This document shows positions 28,401 to 37,700 of a DNA stretch of 64,000 nucleotides, piece by piece (positions within the stretch are counted from its first letter, which is position 1; the number at the start of each line of letters is the position of its first letter). The translations under genes and the position numbers were made by a program. The DNA comes from a virus. Below the pieces are notes generated by a model that worked only from the letters and a program-made list of their open reading frames with translations, was not told where the DNA came from and searched no databases. The stretch lies in the IMG/VR virus record IMGVR_UViG_3300027749_000066, positions 1-64,000 of that record, one strand, 5' to 3'.

Positions 28401-31121
28401 TGTAATAAAATATTTTTTTCAACAGGTCATTCAACTGGAGCAATAGACACATTTGATTTATCTGTTACTACAGATACAGGTGATCTACCTCCGGTTTCAG
28501 TATTTTTCGAAGGAAACTCTATCTTATATTATGATTTGGGAGCTACATATAATGTAACTGCAATAAGTGTAATCCCAACACAAACTGTTAACCCATATGA
28601 TTATCCAAGATTATACTGCATAAACCCAATTTGGGAAGTTGATCTTAGTGATTATGTTGTGTCTTTTTCTACAGATAAAGTGAGAGATAACTATGATAGT
28701 TCAATTCCAATTGGTGCTACTTCTGCTAATAGCGGGTCTTTAGTATTAGATAATACTAATTTAGATTTTAGTCCGTATGGTTCATCAACTTATGGAGATT
28801 ATATTTATCCAGACACAAAGTTTTTTATATCACTTGATCATAAAATAAACAAAACTCAACAAATAGAGACTGTGCCTATTGCTTATGAATTATACGCTGA
28901 TAATTGGACTGTCTCTAATTCTAATATGCAGGTTGATGTTAAATTAAGAGATTATTCTAAGTATCTTCAGGAAGAAAATTTAAAGGGCTATATTTCACAA
29001 GGTTTATCTGCTGGTAGGAGCATTGCTGATATTTTAATGGAAAGTGGCTTTCCTAAAAGAAAAATTAATTTTATTGATAAATTTGAAGAAACTGTCTCTG
29101 TAGATAATCCTACAGTTTTTGTTCCCTTTAACGAAACTACTTCGGAAATAAATGGACAGGCAAGTGATTTTAAATATAAAGATTATTGCAACAATGTAAT
29201 TGTCAATGCCCCTTACTTTTTGCCGGTAGCTGGTACTCCTATTGTTTATTCAGATTTAGTTGCTGCTCAGAATGATTCCCAGAGAATTATTGATGATTAT
29301 GCTTATAAAGTTTTTATTCCAGAAGTCAAGACTGGATCAGCAAAATTTAGTTCTGTTGAGTTCTTTAATATATCTGATGAAACTAAATGGACACCTATAG
29401 GTTATAATGATAATGAACCTTGGACATTTTCCTTTTGTCATTATTTGACAGATGTTTCTACTATTGCAAGTTCAGATTATCAACAACTTTTTTGCAGTGG
29501 CGATGTTTATACTGGTGAATGTGTTATTGAGTTTAGTTTTGTTGATGAAAATACTATGTATTATAAATTTACAAAACATAATGTTGCACTTACTTCTTAT
29601 AGTATTACATCTAATGTTATTAATCCCAAAAATTCTCATTTAATTCATATCAAAAAAACAGCAGGTGTATCTGGAGCAAACCCAAGATATGATTTCTTTA
29701 TTGATGGCGTTAATCAAGGAAATATTTCACCTACTATTTCTGGATCTAGGACTCCTCTTTCGACACAATTTGCTCTTCTTTCTACTGGATATCTAAGTAA
29801 CTTTTTATACTATAATTATGCATTGTCTGATAGTAGAATTGCTAAGCACTATGAGTCCTTCTCAGTATCAATGATGCCAACATTCAAATATCTCTCTGCA
29901 GGAGAAGGGACATATTGGGACGCAATGCTAAATATTGCAACTGCTGATTTAGGAATGTTTTATTTTGATGAATATGGTGATTTTCAATATGAATATAGAA
30001 ACTTCAAACATGAGACGACATCTAACCGATATCAGATAAGTCAATATAATTTTTCTGATGATATAAATATCAGTGAAGGTAATATTAATACAGAGATTCA
30101 AACAAATAAAGTTAATGTAAAAGTTTCTAGTAATAGTGTTAATGCAAATAATGTCAAAGTTTTGTGGAATGCACCTGAAGGTGAGTCATTAGCAATTACT
30201 AGGATTACTCAAGATTTGAATATTTATTCTGATTATATATATTTAGAAAATATTGATCAACCTATTTGGCCTCCTTCTGGTTATGTTAAAATTGACAATG
30301 AGATTATCAAATACAAGGGTATTAAAGAAAATAAGCTTATTAACTTGGAGAGAGGAGTATTTGGCACAGAGCCAGCCACCCATACTGCTTATTCAAGGGT
30401 TAGGGAGGCTAGATTCTATAGTGCTCAGTTCACTGAGACTCCCGCTACAATTGTAAAATATCCACTTATTACTGAGGAAATTGGAGATTATCAAGCTGGT
30501 AATATTGATATAGATTTTTACTATTCTACTCCTTTCGAAACGCAGATAATGCTCTCAGCTAAAGATCCCGGCGATCCTATTTATACTGAAGATAATATTA
30601 AGTATTTCTACAAGAGGGCAAAAGGTTATTCTAGTGTCGTAGTTATTCAGGGTACTGATCCTACAAGTGGGAGTCGTTATGTTTTTGAGATAGCTGGTAT
30701 TGCTGTGACGAATATTGCTGCCGGAAATGAGACAGTAAGTAAAGTTTCATCTGAATTTGAAAATAATATTAGAAAATATAGAGTAAAAGAGATATCATTT
30801 GAGAATTCATTTATTGAAAATAAAGAGTATGGTAAAATTGTTGCTGACTATATTATTGGATATTATTCCAATCCGATCAAGGTTCTCAATCTGTCAGTAA
30901 CAGGCGTACCACATCTTCAGCTTGGCGATCTGGTTACTATTGACAAGTTTGAGCAGCTTGGTATAGTTAATATTAAATTCTGGGTTATCCAGAACAAAAT
31001 AAGTTACGATGGAGGCTTGAGGCAGGAGTTGGTTCTTCAGCAATATTCTGATACAATCAATCCTCCGGAGCTTGCTTTCACTCAAAACTTAAAACTTGGT
31101 GAAATAGATTGGGTTTTCTGA
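25482..31121 (+). CDS. Large tail tip/hub protein with LamG-like and inserted beta modules
   Basis: 1879 aa; FNGKIGEFAIFDYALT and SNFLYYNYALSDSRIAKHY LamG-like ends; GMFYFDEYG and PHLQLGDLVTI hub motifs. Confidence 0.75.
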   Translation: MIPISTDLAADLQADSQNIKPNVIAHMSDMRYMQNLSVITSNYSYNKQIMDRKPQVYLKLDKTDYNVYTNTKTAVISNANPGIVTCINHGLADGTGVLISGTTTFPSNVTSGELYCKEVYYYIDSINANQFYINTSQANAIAKSATGRVNTSTTTTNKAVTIGIADPASYTEAIFTSTAHGLTNGDAITIRGSGALPTTSADNGISTVTLGSTTSTENIFYVQNASANTFYLNITKTGAINNDDTGKLKNTGSQTGINTFYPIFNFTYTYNGSHRIKDSGRIGLDVSIGSYNGSDRSVLYNDPIAPNTMQSLPITQSLEVIEPKLLIDTFNRSSTRTVSDGVLTNGSKYITSASANFTYSDVGCNITGSGLALNSVIVEYVNESTVKISKSAKTTASSVSLNIKLNSLGYFTSSDTSDKTMGYYSWRTHNNLWQLSDNKAILSGTSLDPAYITYNTTCYDHYIDVKFGNTVNGQGAVLRYIDENNYMLFYYTGTAIRLVQICDGYAATIATSSAHTLSTSNYYRFEALYNTFTVYNMGTSEPLDAPSSGGTSLLTAYVDDPIFRTASATSVGTGNYLGASNTRTITDLVTTAGSSTITSATASFTSNDVGASIAMVTGSQISANATIVSVTNSTTAVISTTSVTAGTSLNVKITRLISSIDYAAIKSFNYLNGYSNFAAGKYVYAVKEHISGTHTLNSNVTSNLEKLSGLTDFTYSFAINATSIAARGICWLGDKTSATVYIQMLATTGKIRATIFDGATSYFITSDYGVTVGNTTQVFVVKKGTKLSIYLDGLENYRDDIPTSFSPYISTSSDLHLRVGSGVNSGTSTSFFNGKIGEFAIFDYALTDDDVFAMKFSLLTAGDFGITAPVEPYDLYFNGDNLIDRFSEETFAWAVTNTLNNNGGNLTVDGHAHALGVNYILDPEYTKFNLATSTNNIQSILRDNFGWMARSQSNETGNFYATNSVKIKFDSLKCNKIFFSTGHSTGAIDTFDLSVTTDTGDLPPVSVFFEGNSILYYDLGATYNVTAISVIPTQTVNPYDYPRLYCINPIWEVDLSDYVVSFSTDKVRDNYDSSIPIGATSANSGSLVLDNTNLDFSPYGSSTYGDYIYPDTKFFISLDHKINKTQQIETVPIAYELYADNWTVSNSNMQVDVKLRDYSKYLQEENLKGYISQGLSAGRSIADILMESGFPKRKINFIDKFEETVSVDNPTVFVPFNETTSEINGQASDFKYKDYCNNVIVNAPYFLPVAGTPIVYSDLVAAQNDSQRIIDDYAYKVFIPEVKTGSAKFSSVEFFNISDETKWTPIGYNDNEPWTFSFCHYLTDVSTIASSDYQQLFCSGDVYTGECVIEFSFVDENTMYYKFTKHNVALTSYSITSNVINPKNSHLIHIKKTAGVSGANPRYDFFIDGVNQGNISPTISGSRTPLSTQFALLSTGYLSNFLYYNYALSDSRIAKHYESFSVSMMPTFKYLSAGEGTYWDAMLNIATADLGMFYFDEYGDFQYEYRNFKHETTSNRYQISQYNFSDDINISEGNINTEIQTNKVNVKVSSNSVNANNVKVLWNAPEGESLAITRITQDLNIYSDYIYLENIDQPIWPPSGYVKIDNEIIKYKGIKENKLINLERGVFGTEPATHTAYSRVREARFYSAQFTETPATIVKYPLITEEIGDYQAGNIDIDFYYSTPFETQIMLSAKDPGDPIYTEDNIKYFYKRAKGYSSVVVIQGTDPTSGSRYVFEIAGIAVTNIAAGNETVSKVSSEFENNIRKYRVKEISFENSFIENKEYGKIVADYIIGYYSNPIKVLNLSVTGVPHLQLGDLVTIDKFEQLGIVNIKFWVIQNKISYDGGLRQELVLQQYSDTINPPELAFTQNLKLGEIDWVF

Positions 31122-31136
31122 TGATAGGAGAAAAGA

Positions 31137-31730
31137 ATGTCAGAATTTAAATTTGTTCAATGGGGTAAAGGTACTCCTGTTGATTATCAACGTTTGAACG
31201 CTATGATGATTAATGAGCAGTATCTAAAGGATCGCTCGGATATTGCTCCTAGAGGTGTTCTTGCTTGGAAGGTAACAGATTCTGATACTACTAGCACTGC
31301 AGGCTCTAGGGTTAACTTTACTGGTATTGGATCTGTTAGCTTTAATGTTGAAGCAAATAGAATGTTGAAAATCAGTCTTTTTGTTTACACTGTTACAAAT
31401 AGTGGCGCAGGTACTACTGCTAGCACCAATGTTGCTGGCAATACAACAACTTATCGCGATCCTAATATTCTTGAATTTGATTTAGATATTGATGGAACAT
31501 TAGTTGGCAATGACGGAGGTGGCCAGCAAAGAATCTACTCAGATTTTACACTCACTACGTCTAATCCTGCTCAAATGATAAATACTGCATACTTTACCAC
31601 CACTCCTCTCACTGCTGGAACACACACAGTGTCACCAAAAATTTATTCTTATCCGACTGCTGTTACAGCAAAAGGTCAGGTTAGACTTCTTGTAGAGGAC
31701 ATTGGCGCTTGGGTAGGCGGCAGTTCGTAA
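31137..31730 (+). CDS. Minor tail protein
   Basis: W-x-x-GTPVDYQRLNAM N-terminus; LLVEDIG C-terminus; AGGAG RBS. Confidence 0.6.
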   Translation: MSEFKFVQWGKGTPVDYQRLNAMMINEQYLKDRSDIAPRGVLAWKVTDSDTTSTAGSRVNFTGIGSVSFNVEANRMLKISLFVYTVTNSGAGTTASTNVAGNTTTYRDPNILEFDLDIDGTLVGNDGGGQQRIYSDFTLTTSNPAQMINTAYFTTTPLTAGTHTVSPKIYSYPTAVTAKGQVRLLVEDIGAWVGGSS

Positions 31731-31731
31731 A

Positions 31732-32199
31732 ATGGCCCTCGCTTCTAGAAGAAATAATGTGGTTTGGGGCAAAGAAAACTTTGGCTCAAAGAATCCAAAT
31801 TTCAATGGGGGCAGATATGTTGATGATAAAGGATATATTAGAGTATTGATGCCTGAGCATCCTTGTAGTAATGCTGGCTATGTTTATGAACATAGGTTGG
31901 TGGCAGAAAAAGAATTGGGTAGATTTCTCCAGCCGTGGGAAACAGTCCATCATATTAACGAAGTAAAATTAGATAATAGATGGGAGAATTTTTTTTTAAC
32001 AACTGTTCCTGAGCATAGTTCTATTCATAGAGAAGGTAAGAAGCAAAACAAGGAACGAAGAAAAAAAACAAGTGATCGTTCTAAAGAGATAGCTAAGGGA
32101 AGAAAAAGAAATAGTAATGGAAAATTCACAAAAATTTCTGATAACCCTGATATACTAGAGGCTACGCAATTGGAAGGCGAAATAGATGAAACAATTTAA
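31732..32199 (+). CDS. HNH endonuclease
   Basis: GYVYEHRLVAEKELGRFL...VHHINEVKLDNRWEN. Confidence 0.85.
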   Translation: MALASRRNNVVWGKENFGSKNPNFNGGRYVDDKGYIRVLMPEHPCSNAGYVYEHRLVAEKELGRFLQPWETVHHINEVKLDNRWENFFLTTVPEHSSIHREGKKQNKERRKKTSDRSKEIAKGRKRNSNGKFTKISDNPDILEATQLEGEIDETI

Positions 32200-33424
32200 G
32201 TCTGAGGAAGATGCAAGTTTAAATCTTCCTAATATTGATGAGGAAGTATATGTTCCTCCTAAGAAGGATCTTTCTGTAAAAGTTCCTGCTGCTCTCAAGC
32301 CTAGTGTTGACTGGGATGGGGAGGAGGTTCAGGTTACTTCTGAAGTTTACTCAGAACCAGTTCGTGACTGGGATGAGCTTCTTGGTGAACTTGGTTATGA
32401 TCCTACTCTTTATGAAATTATTGAACCTGTAAAAATTTCTTCATGGGATGCCAATGCTGGTGAAGGCGAAACGAAAAGACTTTATTCTTACAAAGTTGGG
32501 GTTAGAGCCAAGCGCACAACACAGTATCGTGATGAAGACTACAAGGATCTTGTAAATCTTATTAAGAAACATCGTCCAATGTCTGAAAAAACTCCTAATG
32601 GTAACTCAACATTTGTTGTTTGCCTCTCAGACTGGCAGATTGGCAAAGCTGACGGTGATGGTACAGATGGTACTATCAAACGTGTTCTTACAATGATTGA
32701 TGGAGTAACTGAACGTATTCGTGAACTTCAAAAGTCAGGGCGTAAGATGAAGACACTTGTTGTTGCTGGTGTTGGTGACATGGTAGAAAATTGTGAGGGG
32801 CATTATGCTACTCAAACTTTCACTGTTGAACTTAACCGTAGACAACAGGTTCGTGTATTACGTCGTCTTTTGACAAAGGCTATTACTACTTGGTCTAAGC
32901 ATTTTGATGAAGCAATTGTTGTAGCCGTTCCCGGTAATCATGGTGAGAATAGAAATGGCTCTGGCAAATCTTTTACTACTCGCGGTGATAATGATGATGT
33001 CGCTGTATTTGAGATGGTGGCTGAAATTCTTTCCGCTAATCCTGAGGCATATGGTCATGTTCGCTTCTCTCTTCCAGAAGATGATATTTCTATGATTGTT
33101 GAGTCCAATGGCAAGTATCTTGGATTCACTCATGGTCATATCACTAGCACTGGCAATGATCCTCAGAAGAAGATTAAAGAATGGTGGAAATCGCAGAATT
33201 TTGCAAATAATCCCATTGGATATGTTGATATCTTGATTACAGGCCACTATCATCACTTCTCTGTTGTTGAACATGATCGCAATAGAATTCACATCCAATG
33301 TCCTACTATGGATGGTGGTAGTGAGTGGTTCAAGGACTTGACGGGAGTTGATTCTCGTCCGGGTACGCTTACGTTCGTTCTGGATAATTCAGAGCGTCCG
33401 TATCGTGATTTAGAGATAATTTAA
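32186..33424 (+). CDS. Calcineurin-like metallophosphoesterase / Mre11-like nuclease
   Basis: SDWQIG, GDMVE, PGNHGE, HGH, GHYHH motifs. Confidence 0.8.
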   Translation: MKQFKSEEDASLNLPNIDEEVYVPPKKDLSVKVPAALKPSVDWDGEEVQVTSEVYSEPVRDWDELLGELGYDPTLYEIIEPVKISSWDANAGEGETKRLYSYKVGVRAKRTTQYRDEDYKDLVNLIKKHRPMSEKTPNGNSTFVVCLSDWQIGKADGDGTDGTIKRVLTMIDGVTERIRELQKSGRKMKTLVVAGVGDMVENCEGHYATQTFTVELNRRQQVRVLRRLLTKAITTWSKHFDEAIVVAVPGNHGENRNGSGKSFTTRGDNDDVAVFEMVAEILSANPEAYGHVRFSLPEDDISMIVESNGKYLGFTHGHITSTGNDPQKKIKEWWKSQNFANNPIGYVDILITGHYHHFSVVEHDRNRIHIQCPTMDGGSEWFKDLTGVDSRPGTLTFVLDNSERPYRDLEII

Positions 33425-33437
33425 GGAGGTGATTAAT

Positions 33438-33752
33438 ATGGGTAATGTTGGTGTAGCAGCATTGGCTGGTCTTTTTGTTCCGTTCTTCGTTTCATTTTTG
33501 AAGGATGTTACTTGGTCAGCAAAGGTAAAGCAAGGCGTTTGTGTTGGTATCTCAGTTCTTGTAGCTGTTGGTATTACTGCAATTGATAAGGGAGTGAATC
33601 TTTCAGATTGGAAAGTTCTTGTTTCTAATTTGTCAGTTGTTTTTACTGTAGCTCAGGTTTTTTATAACCAGTATTTTGGTGGTACTTCTATCAATGCTAA
33701 ACTTGAGAATGTAGGTGTTGGCGCTGGTAAGGCGGTGACTCCAAGTGCTTAA
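33438..33752 (+). CDS. Putative holin
   Basis: Two to three hydrophobic helices, basic WSAKVK loop, AAGGAGGTGA RBS. Confidence 0.6.
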   Translation: MGNVGVAALAGLFVPFFVSFLKDVTWSAKVKQGVCVGISVLVAVGITAIDKGVNLSDWKVLVSNLSVVFTVAQVFYNQYFGGTSINAKLENVGVGAGKAVTPSA

Positions 33753-33927
33753 GTGTAAAAAATGTGGTGGATTTCTTTATGAAGAAGAAGTTTATTATGA
33801 TGAGGATGATAATAAAATAGTTCAAATAGGTTGTTATCAATGTTCACATAAAGCATATATAAAGGCAAAAGATTGGGCATTTTTTAAAAAGAAAATAAAT
33901 GATGCCATTAAAAAAAATAATGAGTGA
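33745..33927 (+). CDS. Small zinc-ribbon protein
   Basis: CKKCGG...CYQCS. Confidence 0.65.
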   Translation: MLKCKKCGGFLYEEEVYYDEDDNKIVQIGCYQCSHKAYIKAKDWAFFKKKINDAIKKNNE

Positions 33928-34381
33928 ATCAAAATTTGTAAAAATTAAGGTTAATAAATTATATTTTTTGCCTAGTGGTGATGTTGTGAGAGTGGTAAGA
34001 ATAAACTGGATGCGTAATAGTGTCATAGTTCATAATTACCACTCTCATAGCAATGAGGTGGTGGAATACGAACTCGCCCCTGCTATACTGTCTCCGGCCT
34101 ACCGAATCGGGGAGGTCGCTAGGATGTTGGGCAAGCAACCTGCTACCTTGCGTAAGTATGAACAACTAGGTTTAATTCCTAAAGTTCGTAAGATTTCTTT
34201 GAATTTTGGTGAAAAACGTTTCACTAGGGTGTATACTTCAAAAGATGTAGAAGAGATTGTAGAGTTTTTTGATAGGAGGAAGCCTGTTGGTAGACCTTCT
34301 AGAACTAATACTTTCGGAATAAACAAAAATGAGATTAAGAGAATTCTTAATTCAAGATATATAAAGGAAGATAATGGCTAA
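33920..34381 (+). CDS. MerR-like HTH DNA-binding protein
   Basis: YRIGEVARMLGKQPATLRKYEQLGLIP...RVYT. Confidence 0.82.
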   Translation: MSESKFVKIKVNKLYFLPSGDVVRVVRINWMRNSVIVHNYHSHSNEVVEYELAPAILSPAYRIGEVARMLGKQPATLRKYEQLGLIPKVRKISLNFGEKRFTRVYTSKDVEEIVEFFDRRKPVGRPSRTNTFGINKNEIKRILNSRYIKEDNG

Positions 34382-34601
34382 TTTAACGCCTGAGAAAGAT
34401 AGTAATAACTCAATTTGGTGCTCAGTTGGTATCACGAAGAATCTTGGCAATTATGAGAGTCTCCGTATCGATGCTGGTGCTAGAATTGACATTGAAGCTT
34501 TTTCTGATAAAGAAGAGGCTTGGAAGAATCTTTGGACAGAAGTTCAGGCTCAAATTGAAGAGCAACTTATCGAAGCTGATCGTGGCTTGGCCGAAGGCTG
34601 A
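34374..34601 (+). CDS. Hypothetical phage protein
   Basis: GITKNLGNYESLRIDAG motif common in phage replication blocks; coupled overlaps. Confidence 0.7.
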   Translation: MANLTPEKDSNNSIWCSVGITKNLGNYESLRIDAGARIDIEAFSDKEEAWKNLWTEVQAQIEEQLIEADRGLAEG

Positions 34602-34924
34602 TGTGTTGGCCAATGTCTAGTAATCTTAAAAAAGTGCATTGGACAAAGGACGCATTGTGTAAGTTTGATAAGAAGTTTACTTCGTTCCAAGTGGATGAGG
34701 TGAACGAAGCTAAATCTATTTGTGCTAATTGCACTGTTCAAGTAGAGTGCATTTTTGCTAATGCAGAAACAGATGGTACATTCATATCCGCTGGTTTATC
34801 GAAATACGATAGACTGTTAATAGAATGGAAGAGGGTGAACAATACTGATGAAGGAAACTTCAGAGGAAGTTCTACTTATATTTCAGAAGTCGTGCGACGA
34901 GCACGCAAAACTATTCATTCCTGA
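34601..34924 (+). CDS. whiB: Divergent WhiB-family protein
   Basis: W-x-x-DALC...AKSICANCTVQVEC four-Cys pattern; FISAGLS replaces GVWGG. Confidence 0.6.
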   Translation: MCWPMSSNLKKVHWTKDALCKFDKKFTSFQVDEVNEAKSICANCTVQVECIFANAETDGTFISAGLSKYDRLLIEWKRVNNTDEGNFRGSSTYISEVVRRARKTIHS

Positions 34925-35171
34925 GCCTCGTCAAGATCAAATTATTGAGAGTTTGCTCAACTACTATAATAAATACTATTCAATGAAAATCCTTGAAGAA
35001 TGTATTCATGAGTTCGCTAGAAGTCATCAAGATCCTATCATAATTTATGAATTTGCTATGGACTCAAGTAAAATTCGTGAGAAGATTCTTGAGCGGGAAA
35101 AGTCAAAAAAAGAATTCAGCACTTTAGTCAAGCAGACTGAAGAGAGGATGCGTTTGTACGATGAACTATGA
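34848..35171 (+). CDS. Hypothetical protein upstream of helicase
   Basis: Open frame overlapping neighbours; charged C-terminal helix. Confidence 0.6.
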   Translation: MKETSEEVLLIFQKSCDEHAKLFIPEPRQDQIIESLLNYYNKYYSMKILEECIHEFARSHQDPIIIYEFAMDSSKIREKILEREKSKKEFSTLVKQTEERMRLYDEL

Positions 35172-36387
35172 ATTAAATCTATTGAATAGTATTCTCAAGA
35201 CTGGTGATCTTGTTCCTTGCATTGAGCAGGGCGTTGATTATGTGTTTTCAGAGTATTCTGATGTATGGAATTTTATTGTTCAGTTTAATAACGAATATGG
35301 TCAATCTCCATCTAAAGATGTTATTAAAACAAACTTCAAGAGCTTTGAATTTTATAATGCAGAGTCTCCCATTCAATTTTATATTGATGATGCTAAGAAG
35401 CAAAGCCTTAGTCGTGGTGTTAGAACAGCTTTATTTAAGGCTTCTGATGCCTTGAAGAGTGGTGATGATCCTGCGAAGATCCTTACCCTTATGCAGAATG
35501 AGGCTGCACAGTTGATCCGTGATTCGGGAAGACTGAAGGACTCTAATATTGCTGATTACACTGAGCGTGCGACGATCCTTAAAGATCGTATTGAAAATCC
35601 TGATCATCGCATTGTTGGTGTGACTAGTGGCATTAAGGTTATTGATGCTCATTTTGGTGGCTTTCAGCCCGGTGATTTTGTTGTTGTTATTGGATGGACT
35701 GGTGTAGGAAAGTCTGCACTGACTCGTCTTATGGCTGCTAATGCTTGGCGTGCCGGTTATGTTCCTTTAATCATCTCCCTTGAGATGGATCGTCTTCAGG
35801 AAGAATTCCGCATGGATACTATTCTGAATGCTGGTGAGGTATTCACCAATACTCAACTTACAAATGGTAAGGGCATTGGTATTAATGACTATGAGGGTTG
35901 GGCTAAAGAGATGTTTGATGGCAAGCCTCCTATCCATCTAGTTACATCTGATGGGATTGAAACTGCTGATCAGCACTTTGTTCAGGCAAAGATTGAGCAG
36001 TATAAGCCAGATCTTGTAATCCTTGATTATCATACTTTGTTTGATGATGCAAACAAGGGTGGATCAGAGACTGAGCGTGCAAAGAATCTATCAAAAGCTT
36101 TCAAGCGTATTGCTGTTCGTAATCGTGTACCTGTAATTGATGTTTCAGGTGTCACGATGGATGATGGTCATGATGAGCGTCCTCCGGAACTTAGCGAGAT
36201 TGCTTGGAGTAAGCAGTTGTCTTATGATGCGGATATGGTTCTCGCTGTTCATAGATCTATGGGTAGTGACATTTTTCAAGTAGTAACTCGAAAGACTAGA
36301 CGGTGTGCGCCGTTTGCGTTTTATCTTAAGTGGAATCTAGACTCAGGTGAATGGAAGGAAATTTATGAGCACGAAGCGATGGACTAA
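35161..36387 (+). CDS. dnaB: DnaB-like replicative helicase
   Basis: GWTGVGKS Walker A, ISLEM, LVILDY, YDADMVL. Confidence 0.92.
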   Translation: MNYELNLLNSILKTGDLVPCIEQGVDYVFSEYSDVWNFIVQFNNEYGQSPSKDVIKTNFKSFEFYNAESPIQFYIDDAKKQSLSRGVRTALFKASDALKSGDDPAKILTLMQNEAAQLIRDSGRLKDSNIADYTERATILKDRIENPDHRIVGVTSGIKVIDAHFGGFQPGDFVVVIGWTGVGKSALTRLMAANAWRAGYVPLIISLEMDRLQEEFRMDTILNAGEVFTNTQLTNGKGIGINDYEGWAKEMFDGKPPIHLVTSDGIETADQHFVQAKIEQYKPDLVILDYHTLFDDANKGGSETERAKNLSKAFKRIAVRNRVPVIDVSGVTMDDGHDERPPELSEIAWSKQLSYDADMVLAVHRSMGSDIFQVVTRKTRRCAPFAFYLKWNLDSGEWKEIYEHEAMD

Positions 36388-36565
36388 GAGGCCGTTCTAT
36401 TTTATTGAGGGAGAGGCGATTGATCAGGAAGCTATCATTCGTGTTCGTCCTCAGATTGAAAAGTATGTTCGATATGATTTGAAGAAGAATTTCAAGAAGA
36501 CAAATGTCACTTGGGATATGAATGATAAAGGTAACTTCAACTTTAAGATTGAGTTTTATGGTTGA
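36365..36565 (+). CDS. Hypothetical protein
   Basis: Fills the helicase-primase gap with overlapping start/stop. Confidence 0.55.
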   Translation: MSTKRWTKRPFYFIEGEAIDQEAIIRVRPQIEKYVRYDLKKNFKKTNVTWDMNDKGNFNFKIEFYG

Positions 36566-37484
36566 TATTCTTGACTATATTGAGTCTAAGGGTATGCAGG
36601 TTATGCGTGATGATGGTTCCGAATTAGCCTGTTATTGTCCTTTCCATTCTAATATGGATACTCCAGCTTTTTATATTAATAAAAGAACTGGCCTTTGGAT
36701 TTGTTTTAATCCTTCCTGCGGAAAGACTGGATCGCTTCGTGATCTTATGACTTTTTTTGGTGATAAAGGCAATATAGTCAAGGATTATTCCTTTGATCAA
36801 ATTACTGATAATCTTCGTGAACATCAAGAGGTTATAGACTCGTCGTGGGATGAAACTCTTGATCTGTTAAGAGTTGACTATGAGACTGAATCTCATAAGT
36901 TAAAATATTTAATGGATCGTGGTTTTGTTATTGATACTCTTGAGTATTTTGATGTTTGTTTTTCTGATGTCAAAAAACGTATAGTTATCCCTGCTAGGGA
37001 TGAAAAATATAAAGTCATTGGTTTTATTGGCAGGACTATTTTGCAGGATGTTCAACCAAAATATCTTTATTCAAAAGGTTTCCCTAGAAAAAATATTTTG
37101 TTTAATTTAAACAATGCAAAGCGCTATGATTCATGTATAGTTGTTGAGGGTAGTTTGGATGCAATGAAAATTCATCAAGCTGGTTTTCCAAATGTCGTCT
37201 CCTCATTAGGAGCAACAATTACTAAGGAACATATTGGGAAATTAGCATCATACTTTGACAATATCATTATATTCTCAGATAACGATAGTGCTGGAGATGC
37301 TATGAGATCAGAGATTATAAAGAATCTTTATGACAAAAATCTTAAGATTGTTCAGTTTGAAAATCCTGATATCAAAGATCCCGGCGATATGAACGAAGAG
37401 CAAATTGTTTCACATATTAATAATGCAATAGACTATTTTACTTGGAGTTTTAATCATGTATTTTCGGCTTACACATCTGACTGA
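36558..37484 (+). CDS. dnaG: DNA primase (DnaG-type)
   Basis: CPFH...CFNPSC zinc finger; IGR, PKYLYS, VVEGSLDA, DNDSAG Toprim motifs. Confidence 0.92.
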   Translation: MVDILDYIESKGMQVMRDDGSELACYCPFHSNMDTPAFYINKRTGLWICFNPSCGKTGSLRDLMTFFGDKGNIVKDYSFDQITDNLREHQEVIDSSWDETLDLLRVDYETESHKLKYLMDRGFVIDTLEYFDVCFSDVKKRIVIPARDEKYKVIGFIGRTILQDVQPKYLYSKGFPRKNILFNLNNAKRYDSCIVVEGSLDAMKIHQAGFPNVVSSLGATITKEHIGKLASYFDNIIIFSDNDSAGDAMRSEIIKNLYDKNLKIVQFENPDIKDPGDMNEEQIVSHINNAIDYFTWSFNHVFSAYTSD

Positions 37485-37506
37485 AGATGTATTCCAACTT
37501 GACTTC

Positions 37507-37632
37507 ATGGATGGTTCCATGAGTAACACTGTCCTACTCAGTGCTAAGGAGATTTCCTTGCTGGAGGAGGTTCTGGAGGTCTTCCCGACGCTTGAGGTGT
37601 CAGAGCAGATCGATAGATGGTATAATGGTTAG
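37507..37632 (+). CDS. Possible 41-aa small protein (or structured non-coding region)
   Basis: Open frame MDGSMSNTVLLSAKEISLLEEVLEVFPTLEVSEQIDRWYNG; no clear RBS. Confidence 0.25.
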   Translation: MDGSMSNTVLLSAKEISLLEEVLEVFPTLEVSEQIDRWYNG

Positions 37633-37700
37633 ACGCCTGAGTGCGTTTGATTAAATCAAAGATAGACGTTTATTAACGTAGAAAGATAAAGGTAATTAAA

